Shown here: one piece after another, positions 40,023 to 52,298 of the stretch | Position numbering within the stretch: the first letter of the stretch is position 1 | How the letters are laid out: every line of letters starts with the position of its first letter | Assembly (NCBI GenBank): GCA_964016885.1 | Contig: OZ024740.1 | Coordinates: 227,788,001-227,852,000 of the forward strand | Length of the DNA: 64,000 bases | Direction: 5' to 3' | From: Eledone cirrhosa | Taxonomy: Eukaryota | Notes under the pieces: generated by a model | Databases searched by the model: none | The model's input: the letters and a program-made list of their open reading frames with translations, nothing else | What the model was told of the DNA's origin: nothing | Translations under genes and position numbers: made by a program

Positions 40023-40294
40023 CATCTACATCTAGTATCTAAATACACCTAGTATCCTTTGTAAAGTGGTTGGTGATAGGAAGAGCATCCAGCCATAGAA
40101 AACCTGCCAAAAAAAAGTGACAAAAACATGACAACTTTATAGTGTTGGTGCCACTATAAAATGCATCCAGTAGAGTATGGGAATGTATGTAAACAAGATG
40201 TTGACCCCCCCCCCCCCCTATTTATCTGAATAGTCAGTAGCTCTGCTTGAATCCAACCCTTGCTAACAGGAGAAAACAGACAAGATGATGACAC

Positions 40295-40325
<31 letters not shown>

Positions 40326-40948
40326 ATCATCATCATCATTGTTTAACGTCCAACTTCCACACACACACATATACGCCAATATTGCTACAGTTATGAGTCA
40401 GTTATTCAACTGGTTTCCTAATGGACAAATATTTTGTGATACTAGTCAAAGACACCTGCTTACCAAAGAGAATCTGGGACTTAAGTCCATTAATTTTACC
40501 TTGTTTATTTTAACCACGGTAGTTCATAGACTTATTTTCAAAGATTCAAAACAGCTATATAGGTTATTTTGAACTGTAAAATCAAAGGTACCTCTGATAG
40601 ACATAAAGGCTTAATGGTTAGTGTGTGTGTGGGGGGGGGGGGGGTATTCAGCTCACAATTATATGGTCGATCACTAGTGGTGTGTTGTGTTCTTGAGCAA
40701 AACACTTTATTTTATATTGCTTTCATCTGTTCAGCAGGCAAAAATGAATTGTACCTGTAATTCAAAGAGCCACTACTGACATATGTGTCATGCTGATTTT
40801 TTCTCAGAACTATACAGCCACTTGCATATTAATTTCAGGAGCAGACTGTTCCATTTATTCAAACTTGTTGTCGGAGCGACAGATGTCAAAAAATAACCTT
40901 AGATTTCTTATATACACACAAGACCCCAGATGCTGAGATGTGGACACA

Positions 40949-41001
<53 letters not shown>

Positions 41002-41294
41002 TGATTTGATTAAATCCACACAAATACTTATTATTTTACCAACATTGTAAAGGAGAAATAAAAACCCCTTTATTACTTACTATCTGTCTAACGAAAGATA
41101 CTATCTATAATTTTGAAAATAATCACCAAGTAGGGAAGATTTCATAATATACTCTTTGGTCACGAATAATCACCGTCCCCCAGCTTATTAATTTTTTAGA
41201 TTTTTTCCAAGGCCCATGCTCTTGCCGTTCTAATTCCCCTCACCCCACCCCTGCTTATCATGTTTTGCTAATCTATCTCCAGCAAAATTATATT

Positions 41295-41510
41295 TTAACC
41301 CTTTAGCATTTACATTACTCTATAATTACTATTATATTTTCACGGTAAAGGATTTACCTCACATAATATCAAATCTAAGAGATTTTGATGTTATTTATTT
41401 TGAGAACAATACCGTAACATCAATATGAGCGGCCAGTTATGGCTGGTTTGAACAGAAAGAGGTGAGATAATTCTAGCCGGATACGGCCGGTTTAAATGCT
41501 AAAGGGTTAA
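41295..41510. mobile_element. piggyBac-like MITE family A (about 215 bp)
   Basis: TTAA-CCCTTTAGCATTTA...TAAATGCTAAAGGG-TTAA. Confidence 0.88.
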
Positions 41511-42905
41511 TAATAGTAATTGTTTCTACTTTAGGCACAGGACTAGCAATTTTGGTTTGGGGGGGAGGGGAAAATGGATTAAATCAACACCAGTGCATTA
41601 CTGGTACTTTATTTTACTGACTCCGTAAGGATGAAAGTCAAAACTAAAGACAAAAAAAAAGAACATTACAAGAAATCTCATCCGTTATAAAATAAATAGG
41701 ATGGGTTGGGGTTTCAATATGTAAACTAAACGACTAATTCTGTTTTGTTTTTTTTAATCAAGAGTAAACAACCTCGAAAAATTATCAATTTTCCACCTCC
41801 ACCCACCCATTATATGGACCCGAGAGTAACTAACTTTTACATTACTAAGCTGGCGTTTGGAACATAACATAGGTTCTTACATAAAATTATTAATAGATAG
41901 CTTTTAGATAAATATAAATACTTTAAAACAAACAGCTTTAAAACATTGAACCAGAGGCCGTCTGGTATGAAATGGGTTAACAGACAGAATGGTCACAGCT
42001 GAAATACATTTGACCATTCGTCTGCTTGATCAGGGTTGGCCTAGGGTTAAATAGAAACAGCAGCACTAGATGATATCAATATTTTGTTGCTAATAGCAAA
42101 GCTATATTGGCTGAACAGTAAAGAATAAAACATAAAACCTAACTAATTGGAAATCAACATCACCAATAAGATCAATACATATAGAGCAGGTTGTTTTCTA
42201 TCAAAGAAAGAAGTATGGAGCGAGAGGGGTGGGGGTTAAAATATCAAATGCTAAAGTTCTTCAGCAAGAACAATAAAAAAATGTTACACACATATATCAT
42301 CATCATCATCATTTTACATCCATTTTTCCATGCTAGCAGAGTCTGGACAGGCCATTACAGACCAAAGTCATACTTAATCTGTAACAACCCATCCAACCCA
42401 TATGTGTATCATCATCATTTTACGTCCACTTTTCCCTGCTTGCAAGGGTGGGATGGGAACTGATTCTGGCTTGATTTCTACAGTTGGATGCCCTTCCTAA
42501 CACCAACCTCATTTACAGTGAGTGCTGGGTGCTTTTTTTCCGTGGCGCCTCCATGACCACTTTGCAGTGGAATGATAGGGACCCCAGTCCCTATTATCTC
42601 ATTTCTACAGCTGAGTAAACTGGAGCAATGTGAAATGAAGTGTCTTGCTCAAGGAAGTATATGTATATATATTGTGTGTGTGTAGAGAGAGAGAGAAAGA
42701 GAGAGAGCGTTAAATGGTCACAACAAAAAGCAGCTAGTACACACTGTAAATGTGGTTGGCATTAAGAAGGGCATCCAGCCGTAGAAACCAAGCCAAAATC
42801 AGTCCTAATACGAGTGAAACATGGTCCTCCGACCTGATCTCTCACAAAGGGACAGCCTGTCCTACCCCTGCAAGCATGGAAAATGAACATTAAACGATGA
42901 TGATG

Positions 42906-42947
<42 letters not shown>

Positions 42948-43361
42948 GTATAAAAAACAATACAGGCGAATACGAAAGAAACGTCTTCATTCGTTCGTCG
43001 GACGAGGCAATATAAAACATAGCTAAATATTTGGAAAGTCTCCTCAAGAAATGCAAAAAAAATTATATAAATATAGATAAAGGTAATACAATAGACATAT
43101 AAAATATATAAAAAATTTTTAAGAAATATAGTTAGGTGTGTGTATATGTATGTATATACACTCACAAATGTACATATGTATGTACAAATGTGTGTGTATA
43201 GTGAAATGTGTGCGTATATATATGTATGAGGGCAAGTATATCTGTGTATATATAACTACAGACACAGACATGATATGAGTGTCCGGTTGACAGGTATACA
43301 GAAAAACAGGGTATTAGATACATTATAAGAATATGAAGGCACGCGTATAAACACACGCGCG

Positions 43362-43393
<32 letters not shown>

Positions 43394-43659
43394 TTCGAGT
43401 TCACACAACACAGACAGTTCTAATGTGGACATCACCTTAAAAATATGTCTGGTCTAAAAAGCCACATAAGATCTCATACCAGAACTGAGCATCATGTACA
43501 CTGAAGTATTCAAACTTTGTATTGGACAAGCCTTATTAAAGCAATGTTTTACAGCTGGATGCCTTTCCTGAAACTAACTCTTTTTAGTAATTTCTTGCAA
43601 CATGCAGGGATATGGTTTACTTATTCTAAACCGGATACATACATTCATTAATCGGCTTT

Positions 43660-44215
43660 CCCCACCCTCAAAATTGTTGGCGTTGTGCCTAAATCAGAAA
43701 CAATTATTATTATTATTATTGCCAAGGTTAACTTTGCCTTTCATCCTTACGGGGTCGATAAAATAAAGTACCAGTAATGCACTGGATAATTGCTGGCCTT
43801 GTGCCTAAAGTAGAAACAATTATTATTATGGCTGGCGGTGAATTGGCAGTATCAGTGGAGAGCCGGGACATGCTTTCCAGCATAGTTACGTCCCTTTACG
43901 ATCTGAGTTCAAATCCCGCCGAGGTTAACTTTGCCTTTCATTCATACGGGGTCGATAAAATAAAGTACCAGTAATGTACTGGGTAATTGCTGGCCTTGTG
44001 CCAAAAGTAGAAAAAATTATTAAGGGCGGTGGATTGGCAGTATCGGTAGAGTCGGACACCATGCCTTGCAGCATAGAGTTACGGCCCTTTACGGTCTGAC
44101 TTCAAATCTCGCCGAGGTTTACTTTGCCTTTCATCCTTACAGGGTTGATAAAATAAAGTGTCAGTAATGCACTAGGTAATTGCTGGCCTTGTGCCAAAAG
44201 TAGAAACAATTATTA
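43660..44215 (+). mobile_element. Tandem cluster of Meta-domain-like tRNA-derived SINEs
   Basis: About 190-bp units: TGGCAGTATCGG (A box), GAGTTCAAATCCC (B box), GCCTTTCATCCTTACGGGGTCGATAAAATAAAGTACCAG, and an (ATT)n tail. Confidence 0.85.
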
Positions 44216-45437
44216 TTATAAAATAGATAAATGAGATTCAATACACGCAAAACAAAACAAAATAATAAAAAAAAAGAAACATTCTTTCATCTTTCAATAG
44301 CATCAACAAACTTCTTCAGACGTTTTACTGAAAAGACATCATTGAACAAAATGTTACAAACATGACAAAACCTGTACAACAAACTTGGTGTTTTTCAAGT
44401 CAACTGGATTTTCTTCAATAATTATTATCTGCTTTTGGTTTTGTAATTGTTTTTTGTTTTTTTTTATTTATTTGTTGCTTTTTATGTTGTAATTTTTCTT
44501 TTTTTTTTAGCTCTTAAGAAATGATCTGCTAAAATGATTTCATACTAGCAACATTTCATTTTTGTTTTTCTATTGAATTTGTTATTGTTGTTATTCAAGG
44601 TGATTTATTATGTTCAGAAACTAGCAAACAATCTGATATCATCATCATTGTTATTGTTGTTGCTGTTATTATTATTATAGATATTATTTGATTGGTAAAA
44701 TCATTAGGGAATCAGTATGAATACTTCACACTATTTTACTTATCCGCCAAGGCTAGCTTTGCCTTCGTCCTTACAGGGTCAATAAAATAAAGTACCAGTA
44801 ACGCACTTGGGCTGATTTAATTGACTTTCCACTCCCTAGAAATTGCTGGCCTAGTGCCTAAATCAGAAACCATTGTAAACACGTGCACGCGCTTGCATGC
44901 ATGCATGCGTGCGTGTCTGTAATGAATCTTTTATTTTAGGAGTATAAAATAACCGACAAAATGAAACAAAAATAAACTACTTTTTCTTAATTATTCATAT
45001 ATTTATATATTTAATAACTTAATGACTTAACATCTAATTCAAGGAAATTTGGGGATTTTACCAACATAAATATTAACAAAAAAACATTCTCTTTCATTTT
45101 ATTGCCAGTTATTTTCTACACTTAAAATGAAACACTCCCATGTATATATATATACATATATGGTATCAACCTTAATGTACCACGAGACTGTCCACCTTTC
45201 CATTGTCTTTGTCATATGCGCCCCTGTTTTGAATATATATATATATACTGTAAAGTGGTTGTGTTGGTGTCATGACAAAAAGAACCCAGTCCACACTGTA
45301 AAGTGATCAGTTCAATGCCACGATAAAAAGCACCCAGTTCACACTGTAAATGTTGTTTGGCATTATGAGGGTATCCAGCCATAGAAACCAAACCAGAAAC
45401 AGTCTTACCAAGTGACAGTCATCTGATATGGCTTGTC

Positions 45438-45700
45438 TGACCTCAGTTGTTCTCTGGAGTTGAAGATGACTACGACTTCAGTGTTGAGTGGAAGGTCTTT
45501 GGTTGCGGGTTGAGAGAGGTCTGGTGAGGCGTAATTCAGACCCTGAAACTACACATACGTCTGCAGAGGAAGTGGATGTGGCTTATGCCATGCACACAGA
45601 GCACTTCCTCTGAGCCTCAGCAATATAACTGGTTTATGCTGCAAATGCTCCATCAAAGAGTTTGTTTGTCAGGTTGGGCAATCCAGAGCAAGTAAATCCC
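45438..45700 (-). mobile_element. Bov-B-like RTE 3' fragment
   Basis: Reverse strand gives DLLALDCPT* then FDGAFAA and YIAEAQRKCSVC, resembling the WExLAxDRxxW...RIxxAxxKR C-terminus; degenerate. Confidence 0.55.
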
Positions 45701-45769
45701 TGCTACTAGGACAGATGCTGAGGTTTTTGAAGGACACTTTTACATATAGACACACACATATATATTGGC

Positions 45770-45986
45770 CAGTGCTTATCCTGGTTTCATGGCATGAAGT
45801 GACTGAGAGTACAAGACTCCTCCCTGTCCATCGCAGGATAAAAACCCCAGCTATTGTTGGTACTCATTTTCAGCTGAGTATACTGGAGCAACATGAAATG
45901 AAGTGTTTTGCTCAAGAACACAAAACGCAACCCAGGAATCGAACCCAAGACATTATGATCGTAAGTCCAACAGACCACGTGCCTCC

Positions 45987-45989
<3 letters not shown>
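45770..45989 (-). mobile_element. tRNA-derived SINE with CORE-like plus Nin/Deu-like body
   Basis: Box B GGTTCGATTCC, a CORE-like block, then CCTGCGATGGAC...TACTCTCAGTCACTTCATGCCATGAAACCAGGATAAG. Copies at about 46630-46872 and 48595-48833. Confidence 0.75.
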
Positions 45990-46058
<69 letters not shown>

Positions 46059-47381
46059 GGACAGATATTGAGATTTTTGAAGGCCATTTTTAAATACAAA
46101 CACACATATGTATGTATATATATGTATGTGTATATATATATATAGAGAGAGAGAGAGGCAGAGAGGGGGGGACTAAATACAACAGGACACTTTATCTGTT
46201 GTCCTACAGATGCAGCCATTCTCCTGCCTTCTCAAGTACAAACAATAGTGTTTTCTTACATAGACACAAGGTAGACAGAGATGTTAAAGAAGGGAACAGC
46301 TGATAAAATCCACATAAATACTTGAGTACTTGATTTGTCCTTATTGGACTGGCATCATAAGTTTTTATGTTCAAAACATGTCACCAGTGTGAAAAATTTA
46401 GAATACCCTGTTCTATGTAGTCACACAATTTTTGCTGTAAAATGAAGCATCTTACTCAAAAATACAAAACATTGCCCAATCAAGGAATGTAACCCATGAC
46501 TTTACAACCGTGAGTCCAACACTAATTACTAACATACACACTCTTTAACTTGATATAGAAGTGGAATCTCTCAATAAAATCAGCTTTGTTTGGTAAATGG
46601 TAAACTAAAAGTCTGTCTCAAGCTCATTAGGCCAGTGCCTATCCCAGTTTTTGTGGCATTAGAGTGATATAGAGTACAAGACTTCCCCTGAACAGGACAG
46701 TAGTCCATCACAGGGTTAAACTCCAGCTACTGCTGGTACTCATTTTCAGCTGAGTATAGTGGAACAATGAGAAATGAAATGTTTCACTCAAAAACATAAC
46801 CCAGTCGAGGAATTGAACTGACAACATTATGATCCTAAATCCAACACACTTACCACTAGGCCATACACCTTCATTTTAAATGGTAATCACATGTTTTAAA
46901 TATAAAAAATATATATATATTTAGTCTCCTAAATCATAAGCAGCTTACTTAATAAGAAGCAGTAATAAGTGCTGAGTCAAGTAAATGCCATTATGTTTTC
47001 CATTCCCCCTGGATAGGATACCAGGACTCGAGGTTGCCTGATCAATTTCATAGAAAGTAGCACAAAATGAAAATGCTAGTTTATATAAATATATATATAA
47101 ATACATGTATACATATAACACACATATATACATATACACATGTATATATACATATGCATACATACATACACACACATATATACATATGCATACATGTTCA
47201 AATATACATATACATATGTATATATACATATGCATACATACATGTTCATATATACATATGCATACATACATGTTCATATGTATATATACATATGCATATA
47301 TATATACACACACAGAAGGAATGGTGAATACAAATCAATAAAAAGAATATATGATTGAACATATCTCTCTCTCTCTCTCTA

Positions 47382-47435
<54 letters not shown>

Positions 47436-47477
47436 ACGAAACATAAGTCAATTGCATGAACTCATAATCCTTTATTT

Positions 47478-47533
47478 ACTACTATATATATTTCGATGAT
47501 AGCCATTGAGTGACTATGACCTCATCAGGCAGT
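47478..47533 (-). ncRNA. Minimal type I hammerhead ribozyme (Penelope-like/retrozyme-type)
   Basis: Minus strand: ACTGC-CTGATGA-GGTCATAGTCA(CTCAA)TGGCTATCATC-GAAA-TATATA-TA^GTAGT. The core, all three stems and a downstream AATAAA are present. Confidence 0.75.
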
Positions 47534-47920
47534 TAGTCAGTTCTTAGATATGCCCCAGCTCTGTGTTTATGGTGTTGACTGTATCAGAGCCTATATATAT
47601 ACATACACACACACATCAGATCCTTCCTCATTCTTGTGGCCTCCAAGACATTTATAATTTGCATAGATGATAATTTTATGTGCTATTCAATAGAATTCTT
47701 AGCAATAAAAATTAATATCTTAACCCTTTCCCTAATATATTTCTAACGAAAGATATTGGTCTATGGTTGTCAAATCATTTCCAAAGTAAATAAGCATTTG
47801 GAGGGATTTAGTATAACTTACCATAAGAAAAAAGTATCGATCGACTTTCGTCAAATCGGACCAAGGAAACAATGTTTTCGTTGGCATTTCCAGTTGCTAG
47901 TACTATCTATTGGTCGCATC

Positions 47921-48101
47921 TCCATATATACTCGAATATAAGCCAACCACACTATTTTATGAGAAATGGGCAAAAGTTCAAACCCTGTTTATAAGGCTAA
48001 TCAACACATTGTTTAGATGGAAAATATAAGCCAGCCTTCTCCATTTTACCATCAATTTTTTTGTCACACATTCCTCAACTTATATTCGAGTATATACAGT
48101 A
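47921..48101. mobile_element. Tc2/pogo-like MITE (same family, opposite orientation)
   Basis: CCATATATACTCGAATATAAGCC...ACTTATATTCGAGTATATACAGTA. Confidence 0.72.
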
Positions 48102-49629
48102 ACTTTCTCTTTATTAAGCTGGTGTTTGGAACATCACTTAACAAAGGTCCTTAGAAGGATTTTAGATGGGTTTTTTTTTTTGTGTGTTGCAAAAGACAAT
48201 TAAAAAGGTTGACACCAGGAAGCACAGCCAGCTATTTAAAACATTGTCTTAAGGAGATTTAAAATGACAGTATGTGACAAGGCCACAAGGCTGTCCTTTG
48301 AATTACAGGCACAACCCATATTTTCCAGCTGAGCTGACTGTGGCAATGTGAAATAAAGTGTCGTGCTCAAAGAAACAATGTGCTGCCAGGAATCAAACTT
48401 GTGACAATACAATCTCAAGCCACATACCCTAACCACTAAGCCATGCACCTTCACTAAATACTTGCAGTGCAATTCAAGTCAATATTATAGCCATACAGCC
48501 ATTTCATTTCTACAGATACTCTACTGAAACAGACTTGTATAACACTACACAGTAGATGGTCTAAAGTCAGTCTCGAGCCCAGTGGTTCATCAGGTTAGTG
48601 CTTATCCCAGTTTCTGTGAAGTGAAGCAACTGAGAGAACAAGGACTCCACCTGAACTGGACACCAGTCCATTGCAGGGTTAAACCCCCAGCTTTCGCTGG
48701 TACAACTGAGTATACTGGAGCAACATGAAATGAAGTGTTTTGTTCAAGAACACAACACACAACCCAGTCCAGGAATCGAACATACATTATGATCATAAGT
48801 CCAATACCCTTACCACGAGGCCACGTGCCTCCACACAGCAGATGATGGTAGTCTTCTTTTTCTATTCTAATTCCATTCACATCTAGGGTATTTTGGAATG
48901 GACTTCAGTAAGTTTCTTTGATGGTGTATGTTCCAGTTGTTTGAATAATGGAACAACCTGAATATGACCATTCCCTAGGCATATGTACACTTAATACAAT
49001 TCTCAGGGAGATTCAGCATGACAATGTGTCAAAACAGGACCTTTACATTATAGGCACATTGTATCCAACAATCTTCCAAACAGTTTTACCTCTACCCAAT
49101 TTCATTCATAAGGTAGGGCCAACCTGATACTATAGGCAATGACATTTGCCCAAGATGTGACACAGAGGTTTGAACCCAGGACCTAATGATTGCCAAGTGA
49201 AATTCTTAACCATTTGGCTATGCTGCATTCACAAGAATCTATTATAGCAAAACTAAACCTCTATACTTAACTGAAACTTTATTTTATCAACATTGAGAGG
49301 ATGATTTTCAAAATAGATTCCAGTTTGATTTGAATTCAGAACATAAAGAGAAGTAGCTAAATACCACAAACATTTGTCCAATATTCTAACAATTCTGACA
49401 ATCTACAAGATGGCTTGTTAAGACATTTCCAGTACACATTCTTTTATTCTTTTACTGTTTTCAGTCATTAGACTGCGGCCATGCTGGTGTACCAGCTTGA
49501 AGGGATTTAGTCAATCATATTAAATCCAAGCACATATTTTATTAAGCTTTTATTGTTGAACCATTAAGTTACAGGACATAAACTCAGATACAGACACACA
49601 TGTAAATACAAACATGGACACACACAATG

Positions 49630-49783
49630 TGACGGGCTTCTGCAGTTTTCATCTACCAAATTTCACTCACAAGGCATTAGTCAACTCAACATTATAGAAG
49701 ACACTTACCCAAGGTAACATGCAGTGAGAGTGGGCCTGAAACCATGCACTTGCAATGAAAACTCCATAATACTACAGCCATGT
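49630..49783 (-). mobile_element. Abundant tRNA-derived SINE (GGCTGTGTGG...CTTGGGCAAGTGTCTTCTA...GCCTTGTGAGTG..TTTGGTAGA.GGAAAC family)
   Basis: Diverged copies at about 1640-1755, 3080-3200, 10145-10250, 11498-11615, 29995-30160 and 49080-49230. Confidence 0.72.
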
Positions 49784-51089
49784 TTGTACCCATGTCCACA
49801 ATGAACACCCTATGCAAGACAATTCTAGTGCACATGTCCACAATAAACTATCTTGGGCCCAGTCAAAAGAAATCAGTCAAGCTCATCACTGCTGTGACCA
49901 TCAAGTCATCAATGAACGAGCCTCTACCCAGTTGCTTGACCTGCTAGAAACAGCAGCCAAGTCTCCCTCAAATCACATCCCTATCTTAGCCCTTTAGCAT
50001 TTAAACCGGACATATCTGGCCAGAAATATCTCACCTCTTTCTGTTCAAACTGGCTGCTCATATGGATGTTAAGGTATTGTTCTCAAAATAAATAATATCA
50101 AAATCTCATAGATTCAATATTATGTAAGACTAGCTGACGTACCCAGCTTTGCCAGGGTAAACAGATGATAAGAGAAGACAGGTAAAAGAGAAAATGACTG
50201 TATTGGATGTTTGTCTGGTTATAGTATGAGGCGAGTCCTTGGTGTCTGTGTGATACAAAAAACAGTAAAAAAAAAATCTTCCAGATATACCAGATTCTTC
50301 GTTGTACCGTTTGTGCATAGTATATGAACAATTCTAGGTGCTCCCACCTAGAATAGTGACCTCTAGGAGATGATTCATCTGCTGCCTGACTGTAAAACGT
50401 GTATCATTGCATAGACGTGGTTGTTCCACGTTTCTCAAAAGGATGATGGAATTTCCAATCTTTTATATTATATGTAGATATAGATATAGATAATTAATAT
50501 AAAAGATGTCCGTCAATGTAAAAAAGGTCCCTATTTACTTGAAATGGTTTATACAAATGCCAAATTAATATGGATATGGATAACATGCTTATCTATAAGT
50601 GGTCAGCTATAATAATAAAACAACAAATTATATGACACAAAAATTTATTCAGTAATTTCCAGGCTCTTAGCCACTGAGTAATAGACAGTCAATATTGCCC
50701 AGAGTTCAACTCGGGGAGGTGGCCTGGTTTGAACTCCAAATGGCGGATCCTTCTACTTCGAAAATAGAATCGTTTTTCAATATTACTCTAGCCCTGGACA
50801 GCCATAGGCACCAAACGTTTTGCCAGACTCAGCATATGATGAGGTTTTATTACCACCGCTATCAGAAGCGATAAATTTGAAGGCAATTTCTACCAATACT
50901 TGTTGGTTTTTATTGCTCATTATCGACAATAAATGACATTGAACAGAAATGATAACTCTGTCAAAGCTCACAATACTGATCAAAGGACACTAATGTCTGA
51001 ATCATTTACGTCGAATATTCATAGCAGTGAAGGCAATTTCTACCAATACTTGTTGGTATTTATTGCGCAACATAGCAGTGAAACCAATT

Positions 51090-52298
51090 TTTACCAATAC
51101 TGTAATACTCTGTTAGTGGCATCAATTGCAAATTTTACACCATCAGGATCGCACACTCGAGATGCAGCAACATACAGTTGCCCATGCCTGAATGCTGGAT
51201 CATTCAAGTAGACACCGACTCGCTTGAAAGTCTGTCCCTGTGCCTTGTTGACAGTCATGGAGAAGGCCAAATTGACGGGAAACTATCTTCTTTGCCAAAT
51301 GAATGGCAGCAGATCTTCACTTGGTCTCAGCAATGGTACCATTGCAAAGACCCATTTTATGATTGATATTTCTAAGCAATATAATCGGCATACCCTTTTT
51401 CAACCTCAAAATATGTGGGGGAAATCCGGGTATTTGAAGTGAATTCAGATACTCAGTCGGAACATCCATATTGTTCTGCTGATTAGGCTCCATTGCATCC
51501 GCACTGACGGTCAACCATTTCTCTCCAGGAAACATTTCGGCTACTTGTGAATTTATTTCATCGACCGTTGCATTCGTAAGAGTTAGAATAACGCGTTCCA
51601 ATATCCAGGAGATATTCTGCCAAAAAGCATTCAAATTAGGGAACACCCAGTCAATCAATGCTTGGCGGTCCAGTGGTATGACCAAATGGTCTGGGATTCT
51701 TACAGTCTGATTATCATCAACGTGTGGCAATTCATCGTTTCCCAACTGCTTCAACCATATGTCTTAGCCTCTTCGTTTTGCCCGAACATACAAAGTCACA
51801 TATTATCGTGTAATCGCAAAACTCTGAAATGACGCCACAACAGGGACTTTTTCAGACATGCATCGACAATTTGCGCTCTTTGAGCATTCCTAACAATTGG
51901 TAGCACCTGTCAGATATCTCTCAAAGTTCTATCCAATGCCTCCAACAAATATCTGATTATTTGGAGCCTTGTCCCAAATAATCAGATGTATTGCGTATAA
52001 GGCCCGCGAGTTAACTTTGTCCTGTAATGTTACAGACACTCAACTCATCTGGAGCCAATGGAGCCTTGACTTGAAGCATGAGTGGAAGGTCCTTCCACCA
52101 CTCATCAAAGTGGCAGCGATCCCACTGGTGGCCACAGGGAGAGCAATCTTCCTCTGAGCTCTGACTGCCGATAACATACTGTGGAAACAATGTCTTTCGG
52201 GTGCCTCCTGGAGCATCTATGAAAGCACAAACTTGCTCATTAGTGGAAATCGAGTGGAGAACGCCATCGCCCAATTCTCTCTGAGATTGGGTCAACAT
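51090..52298 (-). pseudogene. Helitron Pif1-family helicase domain, degenerate
   Basis: FIDAPGGTRKT (Walker A with G>R), ATSGIAATLMSGGRTFHS, IIWDKAP, EYLNSLQIPGFPPHILRLKKGMPIILLRN...[24 protein letters not shown] and [11 protein letters not shown]. Confidence 0.92.

Noticed and set aside
42960-43060. CpG-rich island between TA tracts containing CCGACGA and TTGAGGA
   Set aside because: There is no GAAA or stem III in register; it is probably a repeat tail but cannot be supported as a ribozyme.
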